Shown: piece by piece, positions 38,054-46,938 of the stretch
Layout: each line of letters begins with the position of its first letter
Numbering within the stretch: the stretch's first letter is position 1
Source: Acidobacteriota bacterium
GTDB lineage: Bacteria; Acidobacteriota; Thermoanaerobaculia; Multivoradales; UBA5704
Length of the DNA stretch: 64,000 nucleotides
Assembly: GCA_040005235.1 (NCBI GenBank)
Contig: JBDTZG010000002.1
Coordinates: 160,001 to 224,000, forward strand
Direction of reading: 5' to 3'
Program-made: the position numbers and the translations under genes
The notes under the pieces: generated by a model
The model's input: only the letters and a program-made list of their open reading frames with translations
Databases searched by the model: none
What the model was told of the DNA's origin: nothing

Positions 38054-38315
38054 TTTTTAACTCCCGTGGATGAAGTAGTTGCAGGCCATGGTGTAGGTAT
38101 TGTTCTCTGTCCGAGGCCCCCATTGCCCGCCCGCCCAGTGAGCCGCGTGGCCTCGTTTAATTTGTGAGCCACGTGCAGCCTTTGGCCGCGCCAGAGTGCT
38201 GACTGGTTCGCTTCAGTATGAAGGCGACACCGAGTGGCGCCAAACACGGCAAGTCGGACAGAGGACAAACCCATCAAGCGTTGTGTTGCTTGGGAGCGTC
38301 CAGAATGTTGAGGCC

Positions 38316-39890
38316 CTATTCCGGGATAAATTGAAGAAACCGCACTCGGCAGTCTCCGAACAGCCTTTCTCGGTGAGACTCTTTTCCTCTCAATACTGGC
38401 AAGGCCTCAGGGAGTTTCATGAGCGCCTGGTAGAGTGCCGAAAGGTCGTCATCTTTGATGCTAGCTTTTAGGTCATCGCTAGTGACTATCGGGATGGCAC
38501 TGTCTTCCACGAGCACGCTCGGCCTGGCCATCTTGCTTACGATTATTCCCACAATCTTCGTATTGCGACCCAGTGGTGGTTGAAGGTTAAAGTTTCTTGA
38601 TAGGTTGATCTTGCTGAGCTCTAGTTCGTGCAGGCACCGCTTGTGAATGTTTAGCGCCTCACTGAATTTTTCGTCGTGTCTCTGTACTTCATAAACGGAG
38701 TCCGGTCCGAAGAACCACTTTAGGGAAATTGCCATGGCAATTGTGGAACCTCGATCGTAGACAAGAAGGTCAATGTCTCCGGCTACATACGGAGGAGTAC
38801 CTAGGCGCAAACGTTGCCGTGTAATTAGGCCTTGCGCCGAGAAGAGAGGTTCTAGTTCCTCGAGCATCAGGTGCTCCTTTATGCTATTTATTGCTTGTGA
38901 CGAAGCAGTGCTAAGGTTGTCTACAGTCAAAAGGAAATTCCGTTCGTGGTTGCTGCCATAGATTAATAGCGGAGCTGTGGCGTAGTGCCCTTCTTTGAGC
39001 AATATGAGGGGCTGGTGGATGATGTCTCGAGCTGCCTCCGTATACGTAAGGTCTTGCAGAATCGCGCTGGCTGGCCGGTATCGAAGCCCTACCCGATGTT
39101 TCATTCTGCTTAACTCGGTGTTTGCATCGAGCAACAATACTCCCGAATTGTAAGGGGATGTATTCCCTCCAAGTTCTGTACAGGCTGCCGCTAAGAAAAA
39201 TCGATGAAGTTCTGCGAGCGACTTAAGATATTTCCAGAAACTGTGAAAGTCGCCCCAGGTATATGATTCGAGTTGAAGGCCCGAAGGAAATAGGGTCGGA
39301 GCCTCCTGCGAATAGAAGTACCTAAACATGGCATCTGTCGTTGTGTAGCTAATAGTTGCGTTGCGTTCGATGCGGCATCGCTTTTCGAAGAGTGCCTCGC
39401 AAATGGGGGCGCGAGTGGAGGCATTTGAATCGACAGCGTGGACCTTGTCTCTCTCATCAGATATCTTACGAGACCACGAGGAGATGGGGTGCCTATTATT
39501 GAACTCGATGCAGTTGTCCTCGTAAGTGCAGTCGGTAAAGCCAGCGTTGGCCTCTTCAAGGCTATCCTGGAGTTTAGAGTAGATTTCAAAGGCATTCACG
39601 GCTTCTTCTGCTAGTCGAATTTCTGTCTGGCTCGAAAGACACGAAGCATTGCCACCAGGCGGACACCACTTATGGGCCTTATACACGAAGTGGCGCAGGA
39701 TATCCTGATGGGTACGGAGCGCACGGTATGGGGCGAGAGGACCTCTTGCACAATTCTCCCATATGGTTTGTTTACTTTGGGCATATCGGATTACGTGAAG
39801 AAGTGCCTCAATTCGCGGCATCCTGAATATTTCCAACTCGCGGATAACATTCTCGGCCAGGCGGCGAACAGTTTGGACTGTGTTGGACAT
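38316..39890 (-). CDS. Low-GC hypothetical protein with C-terminal PD-(D/E)xK/NERD-like region
   Basis: 524 aa, visibly AT-richer than the flanks; GDIDLLVYD...IAMAISLKW. Confidence 0.6.
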   Translation of the reverse strand: MSNTVQTVRRLAENVIRELEIFRMPRIEALLHVIRYAQSKQTIWENCARGPLAPYRALRTHQDILRHFVYKAHKWCPPGGNASCLSSQTEIRLAEEAVNAFEIYSKLQDSLEEANAGFTDCTYEDNCIEFNNRHPISSWSRKISDERDKVHAVDSNASTRAPICEALFEKRCRIERNATISYTTTDAMFRYFYSQEAPTLFPSGLQLESYTWGDFHSFWKYLKSLAELHRFFLAAACTELGGNTSPYNSGVLLLDANTELSRMKHRVGLRYRPASAILQDLTYTEAARDIIHQPLILLKEGHYATAPLLIYGSNHERNFLLTVDNLSTASSQAINSIKEHLMLEELEPLFSAQGLITRQRLRLGTPPYVAGDIDLLVYDRGSTIAMAISLKWFFGPDSVYEVQRHDEKFSEALNIHKRCLHELELSKINLSRNFNLQPPLGRNTKIVGIIVSKMARPSVLVEDSAIPIVTSDDLKASIKDDDLSALYQALMKLPEALPVLRGKESHRERLFGDCRVRFLQFIPE

Positions 39891-39960
39891 GGCCTCTCTA
39901 GTATAGTCGCAAGTGAGGGCGTTCCGCTGCGCACGATTGTTCGAGAATTGAAGGCAGATT

Positions 39961-40101
39961 CATCTCTCCGAGGAGTCGTCAAGGAGATCGAGGATGGCGA
40001 CGACGAAGCGGGACATCGGGAAGGAGATCCTCGAAGGGATTCGCCAGATCAAGCGCGGCGAGATCGGCCGCAGAACGACCGTACCTCCGTCGCTAGCAGT
40101 G
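39961..40101 (+). pseudogene. Fragment of a second higBA-like locus (toxin C-terminus + antitoxin N-terminus)
   Basis: MATTKRDIGKEILEGIRQIKRGEIGRRTTVP aligns to 41224 (MAKAKRDIGQEILEGIRQIKRGDIGRITTVP), then diverges before the HTH. Confidence 0.75.
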
Positions 40102-40150
40102 AAGAACCTGGTCGGCGGAGACGCCGATAAGCGATCTGAAGGTTCAGGCC

Positions 40151-40408
40151 CTACTTCTTTGCCGGCTGCCGCCGCATTTGCAGGGAAGAGACCCGCGACC
40201 CTCCCGGAAGAGCTGGGAGCCCTCCAGGGCGCAACGAGGCTTCCAGAATGGTGATTCCCACCAGTTCTTTGCCCTGGTAGCGGAGCAGAAGACCGTCGTC
40301 GGTCACCCTGGAATCCGTCGCCTCCTGAGGGCGCCGGAGGCTGATGTATAGGACATCGGCCTCCTTGTCGTAGTCCACCGAAAAGCGCGCCATTGGGAGG
40401 TCAGCCAT
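40151..40408 (-). CDS. DUF2283-like small protein
   Basis: DYDKEADVLYISL...ELVGITILEAS; start overlaps the upstream UPF0175 stop. Confidence 0.6.
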   Translation of the reverse strand: MADLPMARFSVDYDKEADVLYISLRRPQEATDSRVTDDGLLLRYQGKELVGITILEASLRPGGLPALPGGSRVSSLQMRRQPAKK

Positions 40409-40652
40409 CGACCAGTTCGGCCGCGAGTTCGTCAAGGTCGATCTTGACCGTGTCCAGCCTTCGCCGCGCAAGCTCGTCGAGGAATGCGAGCCGGGTCAAG
40501 CCGGCGATCTGACCGGCCTTACTGCCGCTGATCAGGCCCTGGTGGTACCACTGGACGGCCGCCGCAAACCTCAGCTCTTCGGCGAATTGCGTCGGGTCGA
40601 TTCGCAGAGCGGAAAAGGCCTCTTCGGGCAAGTCGATCTTGAGTGAGATCAT
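40401..40652 (-). CDS. UPF0175-family putative antitoxin
   Basis: RBS AAGGAG; ELRFAAAVQWYHQGLISGSKAGQIAGLTRLAFLDEL. Confidence 0.8.
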   Translation of the reverse strand: MISLKIDLPEEAFSALRIDPTQFAEELRFAAAVQWYHQGLISGSKAGQIAGLTRLAFLDELARRRLDTVKIDLDELAAELVDG

Positions 40653-40916
40653 GGACTCTCCTTCGCTGGAACAGCATCGTACTCTATGAGTCGAGAACTC
40701 CTCCAATCTCCAGAGGTGGCCGAACCCGGGGCGTCCCACCCTAGCAAACGCAATTTGCGGCGGGAAAAAGACTCCTCTGGTGCCTACTAAAGGACGTGCC
40801 GTACCTGGCTAAGCTCCAAACGGAGGCGGCTCGGGACAGTAAGCGGAATACGATCTTCATTGACTCGGCGAAGACTCGGCGAGGAGCAGCTGGCGGCATG
40901 GACGTATAATCCTCTC

Positions 40917-41237
40917 GTGTTCGTCTTCATCGAGACTCCGCTCTTCACTCGGTTGGTTGCGGACTATCTGACAGACGAAGAGCTTTCCGCCGTGCAGCAG
41001 CGCCTCTCCAGCTTTCCCGAAACCGGAGACCTGATTCCCGGCTCGGGTGGTCTTCGCAAGATGCGCTGGGCCGGCTCCGGACGAGGAAAGCGTGGTGGTG
41101 TCAGAATCATCTACTACGCGCGAACCCGTGCGGGGGTCATCTGGCTCCTGACCCTCTACGCCAAGAATGAGGCCGAGAACATCTCAACGCACACCCTCCG
41201 GAGAATCGCCAAGGAGATCGAAAATGGCGAAGGCTAA
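40917..41237 (+). CDS. higB: RelE/HigB-family toxin
   Basis: FIETPLF...GDLIPGSGGLRKMRW...GKRGGVRIIYY...LLTLYAKNE; GTG lies 6 nt after TATAAT. Confidence 0.85.
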   Translation: MFVFIETPLFTRLVADYLTDEELSAVQQRLSSFPETGDLIPGSGGLRKMRWAGSGRGKRGGVRIIYYARTRAGVIWLLTLYAKNEAENISTHTLRRIAKEIENGEG

Positions 41238-41499
41238 ACGTGACATCGGGCAGGAGATCCTCGAAGGGATCCGCCAAATCAAGCGCGGCGACATCGGCCG
41301 GATCACGACCGTTCCTTCCGTCGCCAGTGTTCGAGAGCAAACCGGCCTCTCGCAGACTGCGTTCGCGAGGCTGATCGGCGTCTCCGTCCGCACATTGCAG
41401 GACTGGGAGCAAGGCCGGCGAGCGCCCTCGGGGCCGGCTCGTACCCTTCTGGCGATCGCGCACCGGAATCCCAAAGCTCTCCTCGATCTGGTGGCTTGA
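41224..41499 (+). CDS. higA: HigA-type XRE-HTH antitoxin
   Basis: Overlaps the toxin end; GLSQTAFARLIGVSVRTLQDWEQGRRAPSGPA. Confidence 0.88.
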   Translation: MAKAKRDIGQEILEGIRQIKRGDIGRITTVPSVASVREQTGLSQTAFARLIGVSVRTLQDWEQGRRAPSGPARTLLAIAHRNPKALLDLVA

Positions 41500-41508
41500 G
41501 GTGCCATC

Positions 41509-41796
41509 GTGGAGATTCGTTACCCCGCTACCGTAGAAGCGCAGAGCGACGGGCGCTTCCTCGTCCAGTTCGTCGACCTGCCCGATACCTTCACGGAAGG
41601 TGAGACGAAGGAAGAAGCTCTGTTCAACGCCTCCGAGGTTCTTTCGGCCATGCTCGCCTGGCGGCTCGACGAGGCGAAGGACGTTCCCGCTCCAAGCTTG
41701 GAGGTCAAAGGCGCGTTCTACATCGCACCCGATGCGAAGACGCAGGCGGCGATGCTGCTCCGCCTCGCTCGCGGTGACCGGGGCCTCTCCGTGTGA
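41509..41796 (+). CDS. HicB-family antitoxin, C-terminally truncated; no hicA
   Basis: YPATVE...FLVQFVDLPDTFTEGETKEEALFNA...VPAPS; stops where the HTH would begin. Confidence 0.7.
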   Translation: MEIRYPATVEAQSDGRFLVQFVDLPDTFTEGETKEEALFNASEVLSAMLAWRLDEAKDVPAPSLEVKGAFYIAPDAKTQAAMLLRLARGDRGLSV

Positions 41797-41842
41797 GACA
41801 GCCCCCTCTCTCGGCGCGTACTAGACGCGAAGGAGATTCAGT

Positions 41843-42130
41843 ATGCGGAAGGAAGATGACTTCTCAAGTGCCAAGCGCGCCAAGGACGTGCCCCACTTGG
41901 CGAATCTTCAAGCGGAGGCAGCTCGGGCTGGTCAAGATGTGCGGCTGATCGGCACGGGGATCGCTCACGAAGAGAAGCTCTTGACGGTCTCGCTCAAAGG
42001 AACGCGCCGGCTCCTGGAGCCATTGGAGAATAAGTACCGCCTCGCGGAGTTTCTAGCGACGCTTGAACCGAGCACCGACAACTTCCCGGAGATCGAAGAT
42101 CCGCCGATCGAACCAGAGGACATCTTCTGA
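41843..42130 (+). pseudogene. Chimeric antitoxin remnant (BrnA-like N-terminus + VapB-like C-terminus)
   Basis: MRKEDDFSSAKRAKDVPHL... and ...LAEFLATLEPSTDNFPEIEDPPIEPEDIF; a BrnT-like tail (EIQYAEGR*) overlaps the start. Confidence 0.5.
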
Positions 42131-42207
42131 GGTGGGCTGCTCCCTCAACACCAACGTCCATTCTCATTTCCGTGACCTCCAGTTGATTCGGATAGAGTGC
42201 CGATCCG

Positions 42208-42654
42208 ATGGAATGCGGACTGAGCATCTCGGTAGTTGATCCCGACCCGGACTACCTCGGGATCAAAATCCGCGGATGGAACGAGCGGTTTTCTGGAACG
42301 ACGTTCATCTACGCTGAATGTTCCTCACTGTCGGGCCTCGCGGCGCAGATTGCTGGGTTCCCTAAGGGCATCCCCGATGAGCGAGTCTTCGTTTTCGGTT
42401 CAAAGGATCCGCGCGTTGCTGGCGGCTACTGCCGCCTACGTCTGCGGACGATCGGCGGTGTGGGGCACGCAATGCTGGACATCGAGATTGACGACAAGTC
42501 GGAGCATGATGACTCTCCGGGACTGGCTGCCTTCAGCAATCCCATAGCCGCGGCAAGCGTGGACGATTTTGTCGGAGCGCTAAGGCGGGTTGAATTCGCT
42601 CGAAAAGGCGATGCGATGCTTCCACCGGGTAGGACCCCATGCATCCAGTCCTAG
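42208..42654 (+). CDS. Hypothetical protein
   Basis: 148-aa ORF; end overlaps the next gene. Confidence 0.55.
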   Translation: MECGLSISVVDPDPDYLGIKIRGWNERFSGTTFIYAECSSLSGLAAQIAGFPKGIPDERVFVFGSKDPRVAGGYCRLRLRTIGGVGHAMLDIEIDDKSEHDDSPGLAAFSNPIAAASVDDFVGALRRVEFARKGDAMLPPGRTPCIQS

Positions 42655-43499
42655 TAACCGGAGCCACGGGTCGGGTCGGTCGTCTGGTGGTCGACCAACT
42701 ATTGGCCAAGGGTGTGCCAGTGCGCGCCCTCAGTCGCCGTCCCGGCGCGGCGGGGTTGCCGTCGGCCGTTGAGGCGGTATTCGGCGACCTGACTGTGCCC
42801 GAATCCTTGGACGCTGCGTTCCAGGGTGTCGGTGCGGTTTTCGTCGTGTGGACCGCTCCGTTGGCGACGGCTCAGGCGGTCGCCGCGCGCCTCGCTACTC
42901 ACGCCGAGCGGGTCGTCTTTCTCTCCTCGCCGCACCAAACGCCGCACCCGTTCTTCCAGCAACCGAATCCAATGGCTCTGCTGCACGCCGAGATCGAGCG
43001 CTTGATCGCGGCTACTGGCCTCCCATCGACCATCATCCGGCCGGGGATGTTCGCGTCCAATACGGTGAACTGGTGGGCGGGCCAAATTCGCAACGGTGGC
43101 GTCGTCCGGTGGCCCTATGGCGCGGCCGAGACGGCTCCGATCGACGAGCGCGATATCGCGTCGGTGGCGGCGCGTACCTTGGTTGAGGATGGCCATGCCG
43201 GAGCCGATTACGTTCTGACAGGCCCCGAGTCGCTGAGTCAGGTCGAACAGGTTAGGGCCATCGGTGATGCCATGGGGCGCCGGATTCAGTTCGAGGAGCT
43301 GTCGCCGGAGGATTTCCGGCGAGAGACCGCGGGATCCTGGCCTGGTTCGGTCGTGGAGATGCTGCTCGCCGCATGGAAGGCAACCCTTGGCCGGCCGGCG
43401 TTCGTGACCTCCTGCGTGTCTGATGTCGTCGGCTCACCGGCGCGGACGTTTCGCCAGTGGGCCGCCGATCACGCTGACGCGTTCCGGGAGCGCGAATGA
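42639..43499 (+). CDS. NmrA-like NAD(P)H-binding protein
   Basis: VLVTGATGRVG, GDLTVPESL, IRPGMFASN, PIDERDIA, YVLTGPE. Confidence 0.88.
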   Translation: MHPVLVTGATGRVGRLVVDQLLAKGVPVRALSRRPGAAGLPSAVEAVFGDLTVPESLDAAFQGVGAVFVVWTAPLATAQAVAARLATHAERVVFLSSPHQTPHPFFQQPNPMALLHAEIERLIAATGLPSTIIRPGMFASNTVNWWAGQIRNGGVVRWPYGAAETAPIDERDIASVAARTLVEDGHAGADYVLTGPESLSQVEQVRAIGDAMGRRIQFEELSPEDFRRETAGSWPGSVVEMLLAAWKATLGRPAFVTSCVSDVVGSPARTFRQWAADHADAFRERE

Positions 43500-44182
43500 G
43501 TGGGGAAGACGACCCTCAAGCGCGGGTCGCGGCGTTTCCGCCCGACGTGCGAGCTCTAACGCCGCCGCCTCGCCGCAGCGCAGGAACGGGAGGCCTTCGA
43601 TGGCTAAGGTACCTCCTCCTGATTGCCGTAGTGTTCGGGTTCACCCAGAGCTTCGTGATGCTGCGCCAATTTCTCGGCGCCGACTCCCCCTGGCTCGGCT
43701 TGCAGTTGATGCTCTATTTCCTGGGATTGACCAAGGTCGCGGAGCCAATCTTTACCTTGAGGATGCCCGGAAGACTCCGCTCGATCCAGCCGGAGGAACG
43801 GGATGGCGCGCTCTACCGTAAGCTTCTCGTGCCTCAGTTCGGACAGATGCTGCGGGACACTCCCCTTCGCTATCTCAATCTCGCCGTCTATGTGAAGAAA
43901 GGCCGGCCGGACCTTCGAACGCTCGTTCGGTACGTCGAGGCGGCGGAGGCGGCTCACTTTTGGGCCGCGGTGCTCTTTGCGCCCTACATCGCGTACGTGT
44001 TCCTCAAAGGTCGGCCTTGGGTCGCCGGGTTCTTTTTTCTCGTCCAGGTGTTTTTCAATGTCTACCCGATCTTCCACTTGCGGATCGTGCGGGAACGTCT
44101 GGACCGGCATTTCGGCAAGAAGAGCGGCCATGGCCTCCAAGAAAACTTCTCGAGCGGGTCCGTCTCAAAGCTAAGAGCCTGA
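43496..44182 (+). CDS. Membrane protein, possibly CrtO-like acyltransferase family
   Basis: ATGA overlap; several TM helices; AEAAHFW and FNVYPIFHLRIVRERL. Confidence 0.5.
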   Translation: MSGEDDPQARVAAFPPDVRALTPPPRRSAGTGGLRWLRYLLLIAVVFGFTQSFVMLRQFLGADSPWLGLQLMLYFLGLTKVAEPIFTLRMPGRLRSIQPEERDGALYRKLLVPQFGQMLRDTPLRYLNLAVYVKKGRPDLRTLVRYVEAAEAAHFWAAVLFAPYIAYVFLKGRPWVAGFFFLVQVFFNVYPIFHLRIVRERLDRHFGKKSGHGLQENFSSGSVSKLRA

Positions 44183-44241
44183 TCGAAGGCGTGGCCTGGG
44201 GTGTACTTGGCCAGCTGATGCGGTAGATAGAGGACCTACGA

Positions 44242-46920
44242 ATGGCCAAGACGTTCATCGCCTGCCGACCGAGGAGCCTCACGGAGGCACAGGCCGAGGT
44301 GGCCCGCCGCCGTGCGCTGGAGATCAATCCCGACAACATTCTCGAGAGCCATACCGTGCTCCGAACCCCAGAGGGGCGCCGCGGCGGTCCGCGACGCTTG
44401 ACGCTGGTCATCGGGCGACGCTGGCCGGCTTCCGGAGTCCGCCTCACCGTACAGTTCCTGGATTCTCCGGCTAAGGATTTGAGAGCGCGCCTTCTGCAGC
44501 ATATGAATGCCTGGAACCAGACGGCCAACGTGCACTTCACGGAGACTAAAGGTACCGGCCAAGTGCGCATTGCGCGGCTCGACAGTCCGGCGGCGATGGC
44601 CGGATACTGGTCGTATGTCGGTACGGAGATCCTCGCGATCCCCGAAGACGAGCCGACTTTGAATCTTCAAGAGTTCACCATGAAGACTCTGGATTCCGAG
44701 TTTCACCGCGTGGTGCGCCACGAGGCGGGCCACACTTTGGGATTCGACCACGAGCACATGCGCCAAGAGTTGGTGCAGAAGATCGATCGCAAGAAGGCCT
44801 TCGCCTTCTATGACCAGGACCAGGGGTGGACCCGGGAAGAAACGATCGAGCAGGTGCTCACGCCGCTGGCGAAGAAATCGATTCTGGGCACGACGGAAGC
44901 CGACCCGACTTCGATCATGTGCTACCAGATCCCTGGCGACATCACCAAGGATGGCAAACCGATCGTCGGCGGCACGGACATTAACGCCAAGGATTTCGCC
45001 TTCGTCGCGACGATCTACCCGAAGAAGGCCGCGGCGCCTGTCGCAACGGTGGAATCCCCGATCGAGGCGGTCCTACCGCTTCCTTTGGCTGCCAGTCCCT
45101 TGGTCATGCCGTCGTCGGATGAGGGCGCCTTTCATCTGGTGATTCTGGACGCATTCGACGGCCTCACGGCGGAAGGCAAGGAAGCCGAGAAGCCACGCTT
45201 CGCTCGATTGTTCGCCAGCTATGGCGGAGCGCGGGTGACCGCGCCGATGCGCCTCAGGAAAGCGGAAGGTGAGGCGCCAACACATTTTGGCGAAATCATC
45301 GACATGCAAAAGCGTCTCAAGGACTACACGGATCGGGAAAAGGGTTCCTTGCCCACCGACAAAGAGATGCTGATTTTCGGCGGAAGTCTGTTCGACACCC
45401 TCTTTCAAGGCGATGTGCGCCGCCTCTACGACGAAGCGCGCTCGCGACAGAAATCGGGACAGCTCGATTTCATTCTCACTTCGATGATCCCATGGATCGC
45501 CGAGAAGCCTTGGGAATTTGCCTATGACTCGGTTCGCAAGTGTTTCCTCGCGACCGAGGAAGTTCACTTCGTTCGCAACGTCCTCACTGCGGTTCCCGCG
45601 GAAGTCATTCCCCCTCGCACCGGCCCTCTTCGCATTTTGGTTGTGTCGGCCCAGCCGGTCGCCTTCGGGCGCCTGTCCGTCGAGCAGGAGACAGAGGTCA
45701 TTCGAAGGGGTTTTGCTCCGCTGATCGAGGCCGGCCTGGCCGTGGTTGACGTCGTGGCCCGGGTCACGCCGGGGATGCTCCATGCCCGCCTGTCGACGGG
45801 CGAGTTCCAGGTGGTGCATTTCATCGGTCATGGCGGGTTCGACGAGGACACCCAGGAGGGGTTCCTGATCTTTGAGAACAACCGCGGAGGAGACGTCCGG
45901 CTCACAGAGCGTTCGGCACGGGAAATCTTCTGCCAGCGGGGCGTGAGCATGGTGTTTCTCAACGCTTGCCAAACCGGCGCCGGTGGCCTGTCCGACTTCA
46001 ACAAAGGAGTGGCTCAGTCCCTTGTAGCTCGGGGCCTGCCGGCCCTGGTGGCCAACCAGTACAGCGTGCTCGACTCTTCGGCCACCTCGTTCGCCCAATG
46101 TTTCTACTGGTCGCTGGCGCAGGGGCTCACCCTGGGCCAAGCCGCACGAGAAGCACGCATTGCCGTCAACTACTCCATGCAAGGGGATTCCATCGATTGG
46201 GCCGTGCCGGTGGTTTACGCCCGCGACCCCGACATGACCCTCGCCACGGCGCCTCCGCGGTTCGTGCCTTTCCCGGCCGGTGCCGGCCGCGAAGTTCGCC
46301 GCGAAATGACCCGCGGTCGGATGGTGCGGGTGGCAATGTGGGACATCGACAGCGTTTTTCCTGCGCTCGAAGAAACGCTCCGGAAAATGAACGAGGCCCA
46401 GGAGACTTTCGCCTTCGAGCTGGCGGCCATGTCGCCCCCTTTGGATATCTGGGACCTCGAAACTCCCGGACCCGATGGAGAACCCTATCTATCGGCGAAC
46501 CGGCTAGCCGAGCGAATGGCCGGAAAACCGGGTGAATTGCGGGTGGACCTCCTGGTCGCGATGACGCGGCATTGGATGCGCGACGAAGACTGGTTGAACC
46601 TCGATGGCTGGTGGCCGCGCGACCGGAATCCGCCGGTCGTGGTGTTTTCCTTCGCTGGATTCGAGAATCTCGCGGCGGAGGGGCCGGCTACCGACCGGGC
46701 GCTCACGAATCTCACCGTAGCGGGACTGGCCGGTTTTCTCGCCAACGTCGAAAGTCACGAAACCGGCACGCGAACCTGCCCCCTTTATTTTGATCCGGAG
46801 CATGACCTGGCGCTCCAGACCGGTCCGCAAACGTTTGACAAGTCGTGCCGGACTAAATTGGAGCAGGCGATTCCGCGTGAGCTACCGGGCCTCGACGCAC
46901 TGCTCAAGGCATTTCTCTAA
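44242..46920 (+). CDS. M12-like zinc metalloprotease + CHAT (caspase-like) domain fusion
   Basis: HEAGHTLGFDHEH zinc motif with Met-turn SIMCY; CHAT dyad HFIGHG and FLNACQTG; PWE, WAVPVVY; additional C-terminal domain. Confidence 0.85.
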   Translation: MAKTFIACRPRSLTEAQAEVARRRALEINPDNILESHTVLRTPEGRRGGPRRLTLVIGRRWPASGVRLTVQFLDSPAKDLRARLLQHMNAWNQTANVHFTETKGTGQVRIARLDSPAAMAGYWSYVGTEILAIPEDEPTLNLQEFTMKTLDSEFHRVVRHEAGHTLGFDHEHMRQELVQKIDRKKAFAFYDQDQGWTREETIEQVLTPLAKKSILGTTEADPTSIMCYQIPGDITKDGKPIVGGTDINAKDFAFVATIYPKKAAAPVATVESPIEAVLPLPLAASPLVMPSSDEGAFHLVILDAFDGLTAEGKEAEKPRFARLFASYGGARVTAPMRLRKAEGEAPTHFGEIIDMQKRLKDYTDREKGSLPTDKEMLIFGGSLFDTLFQGDVRRLYDEARSRQKSGQLDFILTSMIPWIAEKPWEFAYDSVRKCFLATEEVHFVRNVLTAVPAEVIPPRTGPLRILVVSAQPVAFGRLSVEQETEVIRRGFAPLIEAGLAVVDVVARVTPGMLHARLSTGEFQVVHFIGHGGFDEDTQEGFLIFENNRGGDVRLTERSAREIFCQRGVSMVFLNACQTGAGGLSDFNKGVAQSLVARGLPALVANQYSVLDSSATSFAQCFYWSLAQGLTLGQAAREARIAVNYSMQGDSIDWAVPVVYARDPDMTLATAPPRFVPFPAGAGREVRREMTRGRMVRVAMWDIDSVFPALEETLRKMNEAQETFAFELAAMSPPLDIWDLETPGPDGEPYLSANRLAERMAGKPGELRVDLLVAMTRHWMRDEDWLNLDGWWPRDRNPPVVVFSFAGFENLAAEGPATDRALTNLTVAGLAGFLANVESHETGTRTCPLYFDPEHDLALQTGPQTFDKSCRTKLEQAIPRELPGLDALLKAFL

Positions 46921-46938
46921 GGAAAGGAGTAGTTCTCA

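Larger units (their letters stand above)
36067..38057. mobile_element. tRNA-anchored micro-island bounded by a ~150-bp direct repeat (36067-36221 / 37905-38057); no integrase inside
   Basis: The 3' part of tRNA-Thr, the spacer and the whole tRNA-Tyr are repeated with substitutions; two cargo genes lie between the copies. Confidence 0.7.
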
